DNA of 64,000 nt from Bacteroidales bacterium (GCA_038245405.1 JBBRSO010000002.1:2366-66365), one strand, 5' to 3'; shown: positions 36,001 through 46,078, numbered from the stretch's first letter. Notes: generated from the sequence alone by a model not told the origin. Program-made: numbers and translations.

Positions 36001-36084
36001 GGTTGCACCGGTGAATGATAGCTGGTAAATAGATACCAACCCTAATGCAATTGCCAGAACGATAATAGCTGCTTTATTCTGCAT
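33076..36084 (-). CDS. secDF: protein translocase subunit SecDF (fused)
   Basis: 1002 aa. N-terminal TM helix, a large periplasmic domain and two 6-TM SecD/SecF blocks (...GMAVDANVLIYERIREE... and ...GFSVNDTVIVFDRLRE...). Confidence 0.95.
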   Translation of the reverse strand: MQNKAAIIVLAIALGLVSIYQLSFTGATYMVKKEARAYAKGDLVKETQYLDSISTLPKDKWSFLGNTFKDCQRRELNLGLDLKGGMNVILEVSVEDILKALSNFNPDKTFMAALARAKELQKNSQSDYLTLFGRAFQEIDPNAKLASIFGTVELKEKINFNSSNDDVLKVLNTEVDGAITNAFNILRTRIDRFGVVQPDITQMATKGRILINLPGQTNPKRVRELLQGSANLEFWETYENSEILPYLSQANNILKEMQVSSESTANITADTKKAAADTTKSEQSLLDLINKDTSKTTSTTANTREGFTQQNPLFGILIPRVTSEGQPLPSSMIGLASSKDTARIDAYLKMNNIKSLFPRDLKMLWSQNAYKQDPTKSMYELHAIKITTRDGRPPLGGGVITSARTSTGVNGDVKVDMSMNSEGSKIWARMTRENIGRCIAVVLDGYVRSYPRVQNEITQGSTEITGDFTIEEADDLSNILKSGKLPAPTHIISDTIVGPTLGAEAINSGFISFIIAFVLVLAFMVFYYSKSAGTIANIALIANVFLLFGVLASLNAVLTLPGIAGMVLTMGMAVDANVLIYERIREELRAGKGLKLAIHDGYKHAYSAIIDSNVTTLLTGIVLYVFGTGPIKGFATTLVIGILTSLFTAIFITRIIYDTLLKKDKKLTFSIKITADVFKHTKIDFIGMRKYFYILSGVILLAGVVSLFVRGLNPGIDFKGGRSYVIQFDKPVRTEDVAAKLNVAFGELPQVVTYGNDNQVKITTKYRIDETGVDDEVDTKLYEGLKDFLGANVTKEEFLSNNRRSSETVGPVVAADIKINAFYAVGLALVLIFLYIFLRFRYWQYGFGAVMSLAHDTLLVIGVFSIFWGIMPFSMEIDQAFIAAILTVIGFSVNDTVIVFDRLREYIPLYRKRPLKEVLNMAINSTLSRTINTTLTVILTIVAMFIFGGAVIRGFMFALLVGIGTGVYSSVFVATSLMYDTTKNKGIQAAEEVKEAKVKIKA

Positions 36085-36142
36085 CTCTCTAGTCTTTTGA
36101 AATTATATATGAGTTTTTCTTTATTCTTCTACGATTGAGGCG

Positions 36143-36150
36143 CAAAGATA
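36143..36150 (-). promoter_or_regulatory. candidate -7 promoter box for secDF
   Basis: The minus strand reads TATCTTTG (TAnnTTTG), about 58 nt upstream of ATG 36084. Confidence 0.3.
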
Positions 36151-36194
36151 TTAAAATTTTAGAAAAACACTCAAATTAATAAGATATTAAAGAT

Positions 36195-36328
36195 ACCCCT
36201 AAATCCCCCAAGGGGGACTTAAGGTTCATCAATAAGATTTACATTTGTTTTCATCCATCATTATCAAGGAAAAATTCAAATTTAATTGCATAACAAAACT
36301 CAAAGTCCCCCCTGGGGGATTTAGGGGT
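36195..36328. repeat. MITE-like element with 26-bp terminal inverted repeats
   Basis: ACCCCTAAATCCCCCAAGGGGGACTT (36195-36220) and AAGTCCCCCCTGGGGGATTTAGGGGT (36303-36328) are near-perfect inverted repeats flanking an AT-rich ~82-bp core. Each arm contains its own CCCCC..GGGGG palindrome. Confidence 0.6.
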
Positions 36329-36375
36329 GAATACCAAAGGAAGAATGCAAAACTACGGAGGAGATAGATTTATTC

Positions 36376-37881
36376 TTATTCAAGTAATTTCTCGTAATCA
36401 GTCTCTATAGGCTTGTTTAAGATAAAGTCGAATAGAGTGAGTGAACGTATATTGTAAAAATAGTTCCAGTAATCCTGCAGTGATTGCAGATAAGCCCTTT
36501 TGTTCTGATCTTTTCTTGTATCTGCATCATTAAGGTCAAGTACTGCAATTTTGCCAATGAGGAAACGTTGTTTGGTAACCTCGTATCTTTTCATAGCAAC
36601 AGTATCTGATTTTGCAGCAATCTCGACCTGATTTTTCTGCAGATTGAATTGCTCCACATCAAGATAAAGGTTTTGCTGGAAGTCAACAATTGCCTGTTTT
36701 GACTGAACCTGTGCGAGCTCGAGACTCGATTGTGCTAGTTTATATCTCCCTTTCCCCAGTCCCCAGTCAAGAATCGGCAATGTAAAACCAATGCGTACCC
36801 TCTGTTGTCTGTTGGGCGACTGGTAAGCCATCTCAAATACGGGATCCCTATCGCGTAAGCCATATGAGGCAACGAGATTCGCATTAAGACCTCTTTCTGC
36901 TTTCGCCTGTGCAACGTTACTCTGAGCGGTGAGTATGGTCAGCTGTTGATTAATCATTTCGGGGTTATTTGCCATTGCGAGTTCAAAAACCTCCTGGGTG
37001 CTTACCTGTAGCGAAGGAATATCTGTAGGAATAACAAGTTCGAGCCTTACATTATCGTTAAATCCGAGAAATGATCTGAGTCTGATTTCCCTGTCGCGCA
37101 AATTCATATCAGACTGTTTTCTTGCAGTCTCGGAATTTAACCATGACAATTGCATCTGTAACAACTCATCTTCAGCAATCGTACCCAGCTGATATCTGCC
37201 CTTTGCTATACGGTACAGGGTGTCAGCATTGGAATAATTCATTTCTGAAATCTGTTTATTGATCTGAGCCTGAGCCAGGGAGAAGAAATTCATTACAGCC
37301 TGCATATGTACCAGTTCCAGATTTAACATGAAAGTTTTTCTGGCAGCCTGATATTTAAGTGGCTCGGTTTTTTTCTGCCATTTAAGAGGATTATAACGGA
37401 ACAGCGGCTGAGTTAATCCTACGCTAAGAGGTGTTGTGATATACTGCTTTGGATTCAAAGTGTTTTCATAGTCGCGGAAAATTGTAAGATCCGAATTAAG
37501 AGATATAGTACCTCCTGTAAGGCCTATGTTCTGAGCAAGAGACAATGATCCGAGATTACTGAGGGTGTTCGTTGCAAAGTAGTCGTAGCTGTTGTTATTT
37601 GAATTCCAGACTTTATCATAAGTGTTATTATAATCAGGAGTTGTACCTGTTAATACAAGGGAAGGTCTGTATTGCGCAACGAAAGTCCTGTAGGTCCAGT
37701 AGCTTGCACGAAAACGGTGCTTAGCGATCAATGCGTTTGGCGACTGTTCTTCAGAGAGTTTGATAACTTCATCGAAAGAAAGTTTTTTGATCTCCTGGGC
37801 ATCAGTTTTCTTTGTTGAAAACATAAGCGCTGCTATCATACATAGCAAAAGTAATTTCTTCATCTTTAAAATTTTATTCAT
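36376..37881 (-). CDS. TolC-family outer-membrane efflux protein
   Basis: Start at ATG 37881 (MNKILKMKKLLLL..., 8-nt overlap with the upstream stop) or at 37863. Signal peptide plus the two-repeat TolC architecture. Confidence 0.85.
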   Translation of the reverse strand: MNKILKMKKLLLLCMIAALMFSTKKTDAQEIKKLSFDEVIKLSEEQSPNALIAKHRFRASYWTYRTFVAQYRPSLVLTGTTPDYNNTYDKVWNSNNNSYDYFATNTLSNLGSLSLAQNIGLTGGTISLNSDLTIFRDYENTLNPKQYITTPLSVGLTQPLFRYNPLKWQKKTEPLKYQAARKTFMLNLELVHMQAVMNFFSLAQAQINKQISEMNYSNADTLYRIAKGRYQLGTIAEDELLQMQLSWLNSETARKQSDMNLRDREIRLRSFLGFNDNVRLELVIPTDIPSLQVSTQEVFELAMANNPEMINQQLTILTAQSNVAQAKAERGLNANLVASYGLRDRDPVFEMAYQSPNRQQRVRIGFTLPILDWGLGKGRYKLAQSSLELAQVQSKQAIVDFQQNLYLDVEQFNLQKNQVEIAAKSDTVAMKRYEVTKQRFLIGKIAVLDLNDADTRKDQNKRAYLQSLQDYWNYFYNIRSLTLFDFILNKPIETDYEKLLE

Positions 37882-39253
37882 GTCGCAATGATTCGATCGG
37901 ATCTTTTTCCGAAGCTCTTTTGGCGGGTGAATATCCAAATATAACACCAACAGCAGCTGAGACACCGAAGGCTATAAAAACCGAGAAGAATGAAACTATT
38001 GTCATAATTCCCGCGATCTGTTCTATTAGTTTGGCCATAATGACCCCAAAAAACACCCCAATAAACCCTCCTGATACACTTATGAGTACAGCTTCCGAGA
38101 GAAACTGTACAACAATATCCATTTTCTTTGCTCCGATAGCCATTCTTGTACCAATCTCCTTTATTCTTTCCATAACAGAGGCGAACATTATATTCATGAT
38201 CCCGATACCGCCCACAATCAATGATATGCTGGCAATTGCGCCAAGAACGACATTAAAGATGTCCTTTGTTCTCTGCTGTTGCTTGAGTAATAATTCGGGA
38301 ACTGTTATCTCGAAATCCTTTACACCGGTATGTCTTCTGGTAAGCATACGGCTGAGAATTTCTGTAGTAGGCTGTAATTGTTCTGTTTCGCTTACCTGAA
38401 CTACAATCCTGTCGAGCTGGTTATAGTTTGTTTCTGTATCACTGGAAGCATCTGAGCCGCTAACAACAACTCTTGACATACCTCCACCACCTCCACCAAA
38501 GAACTGCATTGATGTTGCTTCAGAAACGAGCTTGGTGTTTAAAAGAGCCCTGTTCTGATATCTTAACAACATCGTCTGGATTGGGATATAAATATTGTCG
38601 TTGTAAACATTCACACCTTTCTCTTCAAAACCTGTAAGACTTACATTGGTCTTCTGAAGAACCCCGATTACTTTAAGCCAGATCCCGTTGAATTTGATAT
38701 ACTGGCCTAGCGGGTCAATTTTGCTGAAGAACTTAGCGCGGATATTTGCTCCGATTATGCAAACCTGTATCCCGTTTTCCTCCTGAAAAGAGTTAAAGAA
38801 TGCTCCTCCCACGAGTGGAAGGTTATAAAGATAAAAATAGTCATTTGACACACCTACGAGCTTAGCAGTATATTTTACGCCATTAAGCATTGCGGTAGAA
38901 TTGAACGAGATCTCAGGGCTGATTCTTTTAACTGACGGCAATGTTTCTTTTATCGCTTCAACGTCGAGAAGATTCAAACCTCTTGAGAATTTCTTCTGTT
39001 GTTTTTCACCTTCAGTGGTTGAGGAAGCTTTGTCGGGAATAACCGGATTGACGATTATGTTGTTTACACCAACCATCTTCATCTGCTCCATGATTTCCTG
39101 TTTGGCACCTTTGCCTATCGCGAGCATTGCAATTACAGCTGCCACTCCGAATATTATTCCAAGAGCGGTAAGCATTGATTTCAGCTTATTCGATACAATA
39201 GATTCGACAGCAATTTCAATGTCGTGGGCATACCTTAGTATAAATTTGAACAT
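37874..39253 (-). CDS. ABC transporter permease (MacB/FtsX-like)
   Basis: 459 aa. N-terminal TM helix, a periplasmic domain containing a FFGGGGGGM run, and a C-terminal FtsX bundle (...AKRASEKDPIESLRHE*). Confidence 0.85.
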   Translation of the reverse strand: MFKFILRYAHDIEIAVESIVSNKLKSMLTALGIIFGVAAVIAMLAIGKGAKQEIMEQMKMVGVNNIIVNPVIPDKASSTTEGEKQQKKFSRGLNLLDVEAIKETLPSVKRISPEISFNSTAMLNGVKYTAKLVGVSNDYFYLYNLPLVGGAFFNSFQEENGIQVCIIGANIRAKFFSKIDPLGQYIKFNGIWLKVIGVLQKTNVSLTGFEEKGVNVYNDNIYIPIQTMLLRYQNRALLNTKLVSEATSMQFFGGGGGGMSRVVVSGSDASSDTETNYNQLDRIVVQVSETEQLQPTTEILSRMLTRRHTGVKDFEITVPELLLKQQQRTKDIFNVVLGAIASISLIVGGIGIMNIMFASVMERIKEIGTRMAIGAKKMDIVVQFLSEAVLISVSGGFIGVFFGVIMAKLIEQIAGIMTIVSFFSVFIAFGVSAAVGVIFGYSPAKRASEKDPIESLRHE

Positions 39254-39274
39254 TTGTGGATCCTGTATAAGTAA

Positions 39275-40831
39275 TTATTTCTGAGTTTCTGCCGCTGGAG
39301 GCGTCTGACCTTCCTGGGCTGGTCTCGTTCTGTTTAACTGTCTGTTTCTTGCTCTTGCGGAGGTATCTCTTGTTCCGCCTTGTTCACCACCCTGAGCTGC
39401 TCCCTGCTGGCCGCCTCTCATGTTCTGAAACCGTGCCCTCATCTCAGGCGTTATGTTCATTCCGGGTCTCATTCCACCCCCTTGTCCCATCTGATTTTCA
39501 GAATCTCTTGCTTTCAAAGCTTCAGCTTTCTGCTTCAATTCTTCAGCTTTTTTCACAGCTTCCTTCTCTCTTATAACACTTATGAGTTCCTTTCCGACAA
39601 GTTTGTAATCCTCAGCATCCACGGGTGTACTAAGATGAATTTGTACTCCTGCATCCAGTCCTTTTTCTACCACCACATTATTCTCATTTGATTCTCCAAG
39701 TACAACTACCTGCCTTGTCTTGTTCTTCATATAAACGAATGGAATACTATCTGGTCCGGCCTGCACACTTTCAAGAGGGATATAAATAACATCACTTATC
39801 GTTTTTGTAATAATCTTATTCCCGGTAGTCATTGAAGGACGAAGGATCGGGTCAGAACCATCCACTTCAATCAGCACTTCAAAAACCTTGGCATCAGCAT
39901 TTGGAAGTTGTTCCCCAATATTAGCTACACTTGTTACGGTACCGGTATATGATTTTTCAGGAAAAGCATCTACTACGATTTCCACATGCTGCCCTGTTTT
40001 AACTTTGCTCACATCAATCTCATTAACATATGTTTTTGACATCATGGAGCTCATGTCGGGAAGGGTAGCTACAACATTATCCCATGGACTGATAGATGAG
40101 CCAACTTTCCTCTTTGCTCCCGTTCTGTCACGTTTATAAATGATCATCCCTGATGATGGGGCAGTCACAACAAATTTCGATAAGACTGTCTGAAGATCAC
40201 TTACCCTTACTTTTTGCTCGGTAAGATTTGTTTTTGCTGTCCTCATATCTGATTTAGCCTGCTCAACTCTGAGAGAATAGCCTCTTATCGACTGGTCGAG
40301 AGACCTGTTGGCTTTATCGAGTAATATTTCTGCCTGACGGATCGTAGTGGGGGGTTCGTATTTAGATTGTTGAAGGGTTATAGCTGCTTCTTCCACAGAA
40401 AATCTCAGATTCTTAATATTATCCCTCAGGTTGCTCAGGGTAACAGCTGTATCTAGAATTTTCATTTCGAGATTAGTCTCATAGGTAGTCAGCCTTTCAA
40501 GCTCATCCTTAAGACTATTATCAAATGAAGTCCTGTCGAGAGTAGCAACATAGTCACCGGCTTTTACTTCGGTTCCCTCCGGTACCATATCGGTTATTTT
40601 AATGTCCATTGCCCTGATATTCCTTGCCTGTGAAAATTCAGGGCCTGTTATATCGGTCGATTTTTTGGCCTGCAGCTCACCTGTAGTAGTTACAACTATA
40701 TCAAACTGACCTTTAGTAGATTCAGCATATAAACTTGCCACATCCTTCTTCGAGGTCACCTTGCTTATTACAATCAGAATTATGATTGCAACTGCAACAA
40801 TCAGGCTCGTGATAATTAGTGTTCTTTTCAT
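39275..40831 (-). CDS. efflux transporter periplasmic adaptor (HlyD/MacA-like) with a low-complexity Gly/Gln/Arg tail
   Basis: 518 aa. N-terminal anchor, coiled-coil hairpin region and beta-barrel domains. The C-terminal ~90 aa are low complexity (GQGGGMRPG...GGQQGAAQGGEQGG...). Confidence 0.85.
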   Translation of the reverse strand: MKRTLIITSLIVAVAIIILIVISKVTSKKDVASLYAESTKGQFDIVVTTTGELQAKKSTDITGPEFSQARNIRAMDIKITDMVPEGTEVKAGDYVATLDRTSFDNSLKDELERLTTYETNLEMKILDTAVTLSNLRDNIKNLRFSVEEAAITLQQSKYEPPTTIRQAEILLDKANRSLDQSIRGYSLRVEQAKSDMRTAKTNLTEQKVRVSDLQTVLSKFVVTAPSSGMIIYKRDRTGAKRKVGSSISPWDNVVATLPDMSSMMSKTYVNEIDVSKVKTGQHVEIVVDAFPEKSYTGTVTSVANIGEQLPNADAKVFEVLIEVDGSDPILRPSMTTGNKIITKTISDVIYIPLESVQAGPDSIPFVYMKNKTRQVVVLGESNENNVVVEKGLDAGVQIHLSTPVDAEDYKLVGKELISVIREKEAVKKAEELKQKAEALKARDSENQMGQGGGMRPGMNITPEMRARFQNMRGGQQGAAQGGEQGGTRDTSARARNRQLNRTRPAQEGQTPPAAETQK

Positions 40832-41000
40832 TATTAATTTATATAATTAGCCGGTTCAAAAAAATCAATCCAAAAGTATTAAAAAGGGCATATCCTTTTC
40901 AGTCGTTAACAATTTTTAACAAGAATATCTTTAAGGTTTATGACATTAAGACATCGCTAATAACGGATTTATTCCGCACATATAAATAAATAACAGGAAT

Positions 41001-42383
41001 TTACGATTTTTTAACAATTGCTATAACTGCTCCTGCAAGTTCTTCAGCTTCCTCACTTGTTCTTCCTTCTGCATAAATCCGCATTATCTGTTCAGTATTA
41101 GATTTCCTTATCTGAACCCATCCGTTCTTGTGTTCAATCCACAAACCATCCCTCTCATCAGTAAGGTTTCCCTTGAAGTGCGACTTAACCTTTTCGATGA
41201 TCTGGCTGAATTTTGTTTCCGGATCAAGAACCAGCTTTTTCTTTGCAATAACATATTGAGGATAAATCTTCCGAAGAGCTGTAGTTTTCAATTTGCTCAA
41301 CGCCAGATGTGAGAGAAACAAAGCGATACCCGCAATAGCATCTCTTCCATAATGAATCTCAGGATATATTACACCGCCATTGCCTTCCCCCCCTATTACA
41401 GCGTTTCTTTTTTTCATCTCGTCAACAACATTAACCTCGCCAACAGAGGCAGAATAGTGTTTACATCCATAACCTGTAGTAATATCTCTGAGCGCTTTTG
41501 TTGAAGAAAGATTAGAAACAGTATTTCCCGGTGTATTCTTAAGAACATAGTCTGAAACCGAAACAAGTGTATACTCTTCTCCAAACATAGAACCATCCTC
41601 ACAAATTATTGCAAGCCGATCAACATCAGGATCTACAACAAATCCTAAATCAGCACCGCTTTTTACAACAAATTCAGAGATCTCTTTAAGGTTTTCGGGT
41701 ATTGGTTCCGGATTATGTGCAAAATTACCATCAGGGATAGTATTAAGCTCTGCAATTTTACTGACACCAAGCGATTTGAGCAACATTGGTACAATTATTC
41801 CGCCTACTGAGTTGACACAATCAATTGCAACACAAAAATCTGCAGCATTAATCGCTTTTATATCAACAAGTTTTAATCCAAGAACAAGGTCAATATGCTT
41901 TTTAGTCCAGGTATTGTCGGTAACAAGATTTCCTGTAAGTTCGGTTGATAGAAAATTAAAATCTTCATTCGCTGCTATTTCAAGCACCTTCATTCCATCG
42001 TCAGAAGAAAGAAATTCACCTTTTTCATTTAGAAGCTTTAGAGCATTCCATTCAGAAGGGTTATGGCTTGCTGTTATTATTATGCCGCCATCTGCTTTCA
42101 ATCCTGTTACTGCAAGCTCAACAGTAGGCGTTGTTGCCAGCCCAAGATCGGTGACATTTATGCCAAGACTCCGCAATGTTGTAATAACCAGATTATTTAC
42201 CATGGCTCCCGATTTGCGGGCATCGCGTCCTACCACTACTTTCAAACCGCTTTTCATATGTCGTTGCTGAACCCATGTTCCATAAGCTGCCGCAAATTTA
42301 ACAATGTCAACAGGAGAGAGACTCTCCCCCGGCTTGCCACCTATAGTTCCGCGAATGCCTGATATTGATTTTATTAGTGCCAT
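41001..42383 (-). CDS. glmM: phosphoglucosamine mutase (alpha-D-phosphohexomutase family)
   Basis: 460 aa. SGIRGTIGG, the active-site TASHNPSEWNALK, ...DPDVDRL... and ...GGEGNGGVIYPE... Confidence 0.85.
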   Translation of the reverse strand: MALIKSISGIRGTIGGKPGESLSPVDIVKFAAAYGTWVQQRHMKSGLKVVVGRDARKSGAMVNNLVITTLRSLGINVTDLGLATTPTVELAVTGLKADGGIIITASHNPSEWNALKLLNEKGEFLSSDDGMKVLEIAANEDFNFLSTELTGNLVTDNTWTKKHIDLVLGLKLVDIKAINAADFCVAIDCVNSVGGIIVPMLLKSLGVSKIAELNTIPDGNFAHNPEPIPENLKEISEFVVKSGADLGFVVDPDVDRLAIICEDGSMFGEEYTLVSVSDYVLKNTPGNTVSNLSSTKALRDITTGYGCKHYSASVGEVNVVDEMKKRNAVIGGEGNGGVIYPEIHYGRDAIAGIALFLSHLALSKLKTTALRKIYPQYVIAKKKLVLDPETKFSQIIEKVKSHFKGNLTDERDGLWIEHKNGWVQIRKSNTEQIMRIYAEGRTSEEAEELAGAVIAIVKKS

Positions 42384-42450
42384 ATCGATAAGGTTTTTCT
42401 TAGATGCAAAGGTGCAAAAAAAACATCAAACCGTTTATCGCCAAATAAGT

Positions 42451-42458
42451 GTAACTTT
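42451..42458 (+). promoter_or_regulatory. candidate -7 promoter box for the pseudouridine synthase gene
   Basis: TAACTTTG (TAnnTTTG) lies 22 nt upstream of ATG 42480. It overlaps the right arm of an 8-bp inverted repeat, GGTGCAAA (42411-42418) / TTTGCACC (42455-42462). Confidence 0.35.
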
Positions 42459-42479
42459 GCACCCTGATAATTATTTGAT

Positions 42480-43322
42480 ATGGAGAACAGAAAAGCTACA
42501 GGAAGAACTGCAAGGAAACCTGAAGCGAGTGCAAGGAAACCAAAACCTGCAGGAAAACGAACACACACACCAGAAGAATCTGGTTCAAAAGGTAATAAAG
42601 AAATAATCACTTTGCTCAGGCTGAACAGATTTATTGCCAATAGTGGCGTATGTTCAAGACGCGATGCTGACGAACATATAAAGAACGGTCTGATATCTAT
42701 AAACGGCAAGATTGTAACTGATATGGGAACAAAAGTCAGCTATGATGATGATGTGAGGTTTAAAAATAAAAAGCTTTTTGCCGAAAAGAAGGTTTATATC
42801 TTAATGAATAAACCGAAAGACTATGTAACTACAGTTGAAGATCCGCATGCAGAACATACGGTACTCGAACTAATTGGAGACGACTGCCGTGAACGTGTTT
42901 ACCCTGTCGGACGTCTGGATAAAGCGACAACAGGTGTATTATTGCTGACAAACGATGGCGACCTGGCAGGAAAGCTTACTCACCCGAAATATAAGAGGAA
43001 AAAAATTTACCATGTGTTCCTCGACAATCCTGTTACAAAAAACGATCTCTTTAGACTCACAGAAGGTGTTGAGCTCGATGGCATGACAATTATTGCAGAT
43101 GCCGTATCCTATGCTGATCCTGACGACAAGAGTCAGATCGGTATTGAGCTTCACTCGGGGCAGAACAGAGTGATCAGGCGTATGTTCGAGTCGCTTGGCT
43201 ATAAAGTTAAGAAACTCGACCGTGTCTATTTCGCCGGGCTGACAAAGAAAAATGTACAACGTGGTAAATGGCGTTTCCTTAATGACAAGGAAATAAGCAT
43301 GCTCAAGAGGGGAATCTTTTAA
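42480..43322 (+). CDS. rRNA pseudouridine synthase (RluB/RsuA family) with a basic N-terminal extension
   Basis: S4 domain (LRLNRFIANSGVCSRRDADEHIKNGLISINGK) plus the catalytic VYPVGRLDKATTGVLLLTNDG. Confidence 0.85.
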   Translation: MENRKATGRTARKPEASARKPKPAGKRTHTPEESGSKGNKEIITLLRLNRFIANSGVCSRRDADEHIKNGLISINGKIVTDMGTKVSYDDDVRFKNKKLFAEKKVYILMNKPKDYVTTVEDPHAEHTVLELIGDDCRERVYPVGRLDKATTGVLLLTNDGDLAGKLTHPKYKRKKIYHVFLDNPVTKNDLFRLTEGVELDGMTIIADAVSYADPDDKSQIGIELHSGQNRVIRRMFESLGYKVKKLDRVYFAGLTKKNVQRGKWRFLNDKEISMLKRGIF

Positions 43323-43331
43323 TAATAAAGA

Positions 43332-44213
43332 ATGAATCACAGATCAGGTTTTGTAAACATCCTTGGAAATCCCAATGTCGGAAAGTCGACAATAATGAAT
43401 GCTCTCGTTGGCGAAAAGCTTTCAATTATTACAGCGAAAGCGCAGACCACACGTCACAGGATAATGGGTATCGTGAATGGGGAGGATTTCCAGATCGTAT
43501 ATTCTGATACCCCAGGTATACTAAGGCCTCAGTATAAGCTTCAGGAAAACATGATGGGCTTTGTCAATTCAGCATTATCCGATGCTGATATGATTCTTTA
43601 TGTTACTGATGTGAACGAACGGATGGCCAGCGAAGGAGAATATATCGATAAAATAAAAGAATCAGGCATCCCGGTTATTATTGCTGTTAATAAAGTGGAC
43701 CTCAGTACTCAGGAACATCTTGAGCAGGTTGTTGAAGCGTGGCATAGTGCCTTTCCTGATTCACCCGTAATTCCTGTTTCTGCTCTTAAAAAGTTCAACC
43801 TCGATTCGCTTCTGAATCAGATCCTGGCTAAACTGCCTGAGAACCCGCCGTTCTTTCCAAAAGATCAGTTAACTGACAAATATGAACGCTTTTTTGCATC
43901 TGAAATAATCCGCGAAAAGATCCTGGTTAACTACAAAAAAGAAATTCCATACTCTGTGGAAGTTGAAATAGAAAGCTTCAAGGATGAAAAGGATATTATT
44001 AAGATAAGGGCTCTTATTCATGTCACGCGAGACAGCCAGAAAGGCATTATTATCGGACATAAGGGATCTATGCTAAAAAGAGTCGGAACGGATGCCAGAA
44101 GGGATATGGAAGATTTTTTCAGGAAGAAAGTATTCCTGGAGCTGTATGTAAAAGTAACAAAAGACTGGAGAGATAAACCACTGATACTTAAAAGATTTGG
44201 TTATCAACAGTAA
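43332..44213 (+). CDS. era: GTPase Era
   Basis: 293 aa. G1 [17 protein letters not shown] and a C-terminal KH domain. Confidence 0.95.
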   Translation: MNHRSGFVNILGNPNVGKSTIMNALVGEKLSIITAKAQTTRHRIMGIVNGEDFQIVYSDTPGILRPQYKLQENMMGFVNSALSDADMILYVTDVNERMASEGEYIDKIKESGIPVIIAVNKVDLSTQEHLEQVVEAWHSAFPDSPVIPVSALKKFNLDSLLNQILAKLPENPPFFPKDQLTDKYERFFASEIIREKILVNYKKEIPYSVEVEIESFKDEKDIIKIRALIHVTRDSQKGIIIGHKGSMLKRVGTDARRDMEDFFRKKVFLELYVKVTKDWRDKPLILKRFGYQQ

Positions 44214-44230
44214 ACAATATAAAATATTTT

Positions 44231-45535
44231 ATGAGTAGAATAGTTGCAATAGTAGGAAGACCAAATGTTGGGAAATCGACGCTTTTCAACAGGCTTACCG
44301 AATCAAAGGAAGCAATAGTTGATGAAGTGAGCGGTGTTACCCGTGATCGCAACTATGGAATGTCGCACTGGAATGGAATAGATTTTTCAGTTATTGACAC
44401 CGGTGGATATGTTCAGAATTCCGACGATATTTTCGAAGAAGAAATAAATAAACAGGTTTTACTTGCAATAGAGGAGTCGGATCTGATTCTATTTATGGTT
44501 GATGTAACCTGCGGTATACATGAACTTGACAGCTCTGTAGCATCACTCCTCAGGAGAACAAAAAAGCCGATACTGGTAGTTGTAAATAAAGTAGATAACG
44601 GGGAAAGGCTTCTTGAAGCAACCGAATTTTATAATCTCGGACTGGGCGAATATTTCCCCCTAAGCTCTATGAATGGCAGTGGCACAGGAGAACTTCTCGA
44701 TGAAGTGGTGAAAAGATTACCTGCTGAAGAAGTAGCACAAATGCCTGAGCTTCCCAGAATTGCAATAGTGGGTCGACCAAATGTCGGAAAATCATCACTG
44801 ATAAATTCACTTCTTGGTGAAGAAAGAAACATAGTGACACCTGTTGCCGGCACCACACGTGATTCAATATATACCCGCTACAATAAATTTCAGCACGACT
44901 TCCTGCTTGTTGATACTGCAGGGTTGCGAAAGAAAGGAAAAGTGAGTGAGGATATAGAGTTTTATTCTGTGATGAGGGCAGTTAAAACTATTGAAAATTC
45001 TGATATCTGTCTTCTTCTCATTGACGCTACAAGAGGCATAGAGTCGCAGGATCTTAATATCATGTCGCTGATCCAGAAGAATAATAAAGGCATGATAGTG
45101 CTTGTAAATAAATGGGATCTGATTGAGAAAGACAATAGCACCACCCTCCGGTTCGAAAATGACATTAAAGAAAAGACAGCCCCGTTTACCGATTATCCGA
45201 TCCTTTTTATTTCAGCAATAAACAAACAGCGTATACATAAGGTACTTGAACTGGTTGAGCAGGTAAATCAGAACAGAAACAGGAAGATCAGCACCTCGGA
45301 GCTGAATGAAGTGATGTTGCAGGTGATCAAGGATAACCCTCCTCCAGCCCTGAAAGGAAAATATGTAAAGATCAAGTATGTGACCCAGTTGCCTATTTAT
45401 ACACCTGCATTTGCATTTTTCTGTAATCTTCCCCAGTATGTTAAAGATCCATATAAAAGGTATCTTGAAAACAGGATGAGAGAAAGATTTGATTTCACAG
45501 GTGTACCTATCAGGATATTTTTTAGAAAAAAATGA
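44231..45535 (+). CDS. der: ribosome biogenesis GTPase Der (EngA)
   Basis: 434 aa. Two GTPase domains (GRPNVGKST twice, DTGG/DTAG, NKVD/NKWD). Confidence 0.95.
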   Translation: MSRIVAIVGRPNVGKSTLFNRLTESKEAIVDEVSGVTRDRNYGMSHWNGIDFSVIDTGGYVQNSDDIFEEEINKQVLLAIEESDLILFMVDVTCGIHELDSSVASLLRRTKKPILVVVNKVDNGERLLEATEFYNLGLGEYFPLSSMNGSGTGELLDEVVKRLPAEEVAQMPELPRIAIVGRPNVGKSSLINSLLGEERNIVTPVAGTTRDSIYTRYNKFQHDFLLVDTAGLRKKGKVSEDIEFYSVMRAVKTIENSDICLLLIDATRGIESQDLNIMSLIQKNNKGMIVLVNKWDLIEKDNSTTLRFENDIKEKTAPFTDYPILFISAINKQRIHKVLELVEQVNQNRNRKISTSELNEVMLQVIKDNPPPALKGKYVKIKYVTQLPIYTPAFAFFCNLPQYVKDPYKRYLENRMRERFDFTGVPIRIFFRKK

Positions 45536-45583
45536 TCACATTTGGTGTGGTTTTTGTTTGTAAAATATATTTGAATTAAAACC

Positions 45584-46078
45584 ATGAAAAAAGTTAGTTA
45601 TCTGTTCCTGATTTTTGCATGTATTTTCTTATTGAATTCCTGTAAGAAATTACAAACAATGGCTCCCGAGCCTCATGTGGAGTACACTAACTTCTCCGTA
45701 TTTGACACACTTGATATTCTTGGTAATCACTCGAAAGGAGGCAGACTAAGATTTCACTTTGAAGATGGAGATGGTGATGTTGGTCTTGAGGCACCCGTAA
45801 ACGGGCAGCTTGATTCAACCAATTTGTTCCTTACGCTTTACAAAAAGGTAAATGGAGAAATGATCCCTGATATAAAACCAGCTTCCTATAGGATCCCATA
45901 TATGGAAAGACTCGGGAGGGATAAGATCCTCAAGGGAACAATTTCAGTTACTTTTATTTACACTTTCCTTCCGGCTGATACTATAAGTTATGATTTTTAT
46001 ATGAAGGACAGGGCACTGAATTCCAGCAATGTTGCAAGTACCGGCGAAATTGTTCTTACTGTCAATAAAACATATTAG
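45584..46078 (+). CDS. hypothetical lipoprotein
   Basis: 164 aa with lipobox FLLNSCKK. No family recognised. Confidence 0.55.
   Translation: MKKVSYLFLIFACIFLLNSCKKLQTMAPEPHVEYTNFSVFDTLDILGNHSKGGRLRFHFEDGDGDVGLEAPVNGQLDSTNLFLTLYKKVNGEMIPDIKPASYRIPYMERLGRDKILKGTISVTFIYTFLPADTISYDFYMKDRALNSSNVASTGEIVLTVNKTY

Noticed and set aside
38481-38498. The CCTCCACCACCTCCACCA run (encoding GGGGGG) in the FtsX permease as a slippage or frameshift hotspot.
   Set aside because: The reading frame is continuous through it, and both flanks belong to the same protein. It is noted only as a compositional oddity.
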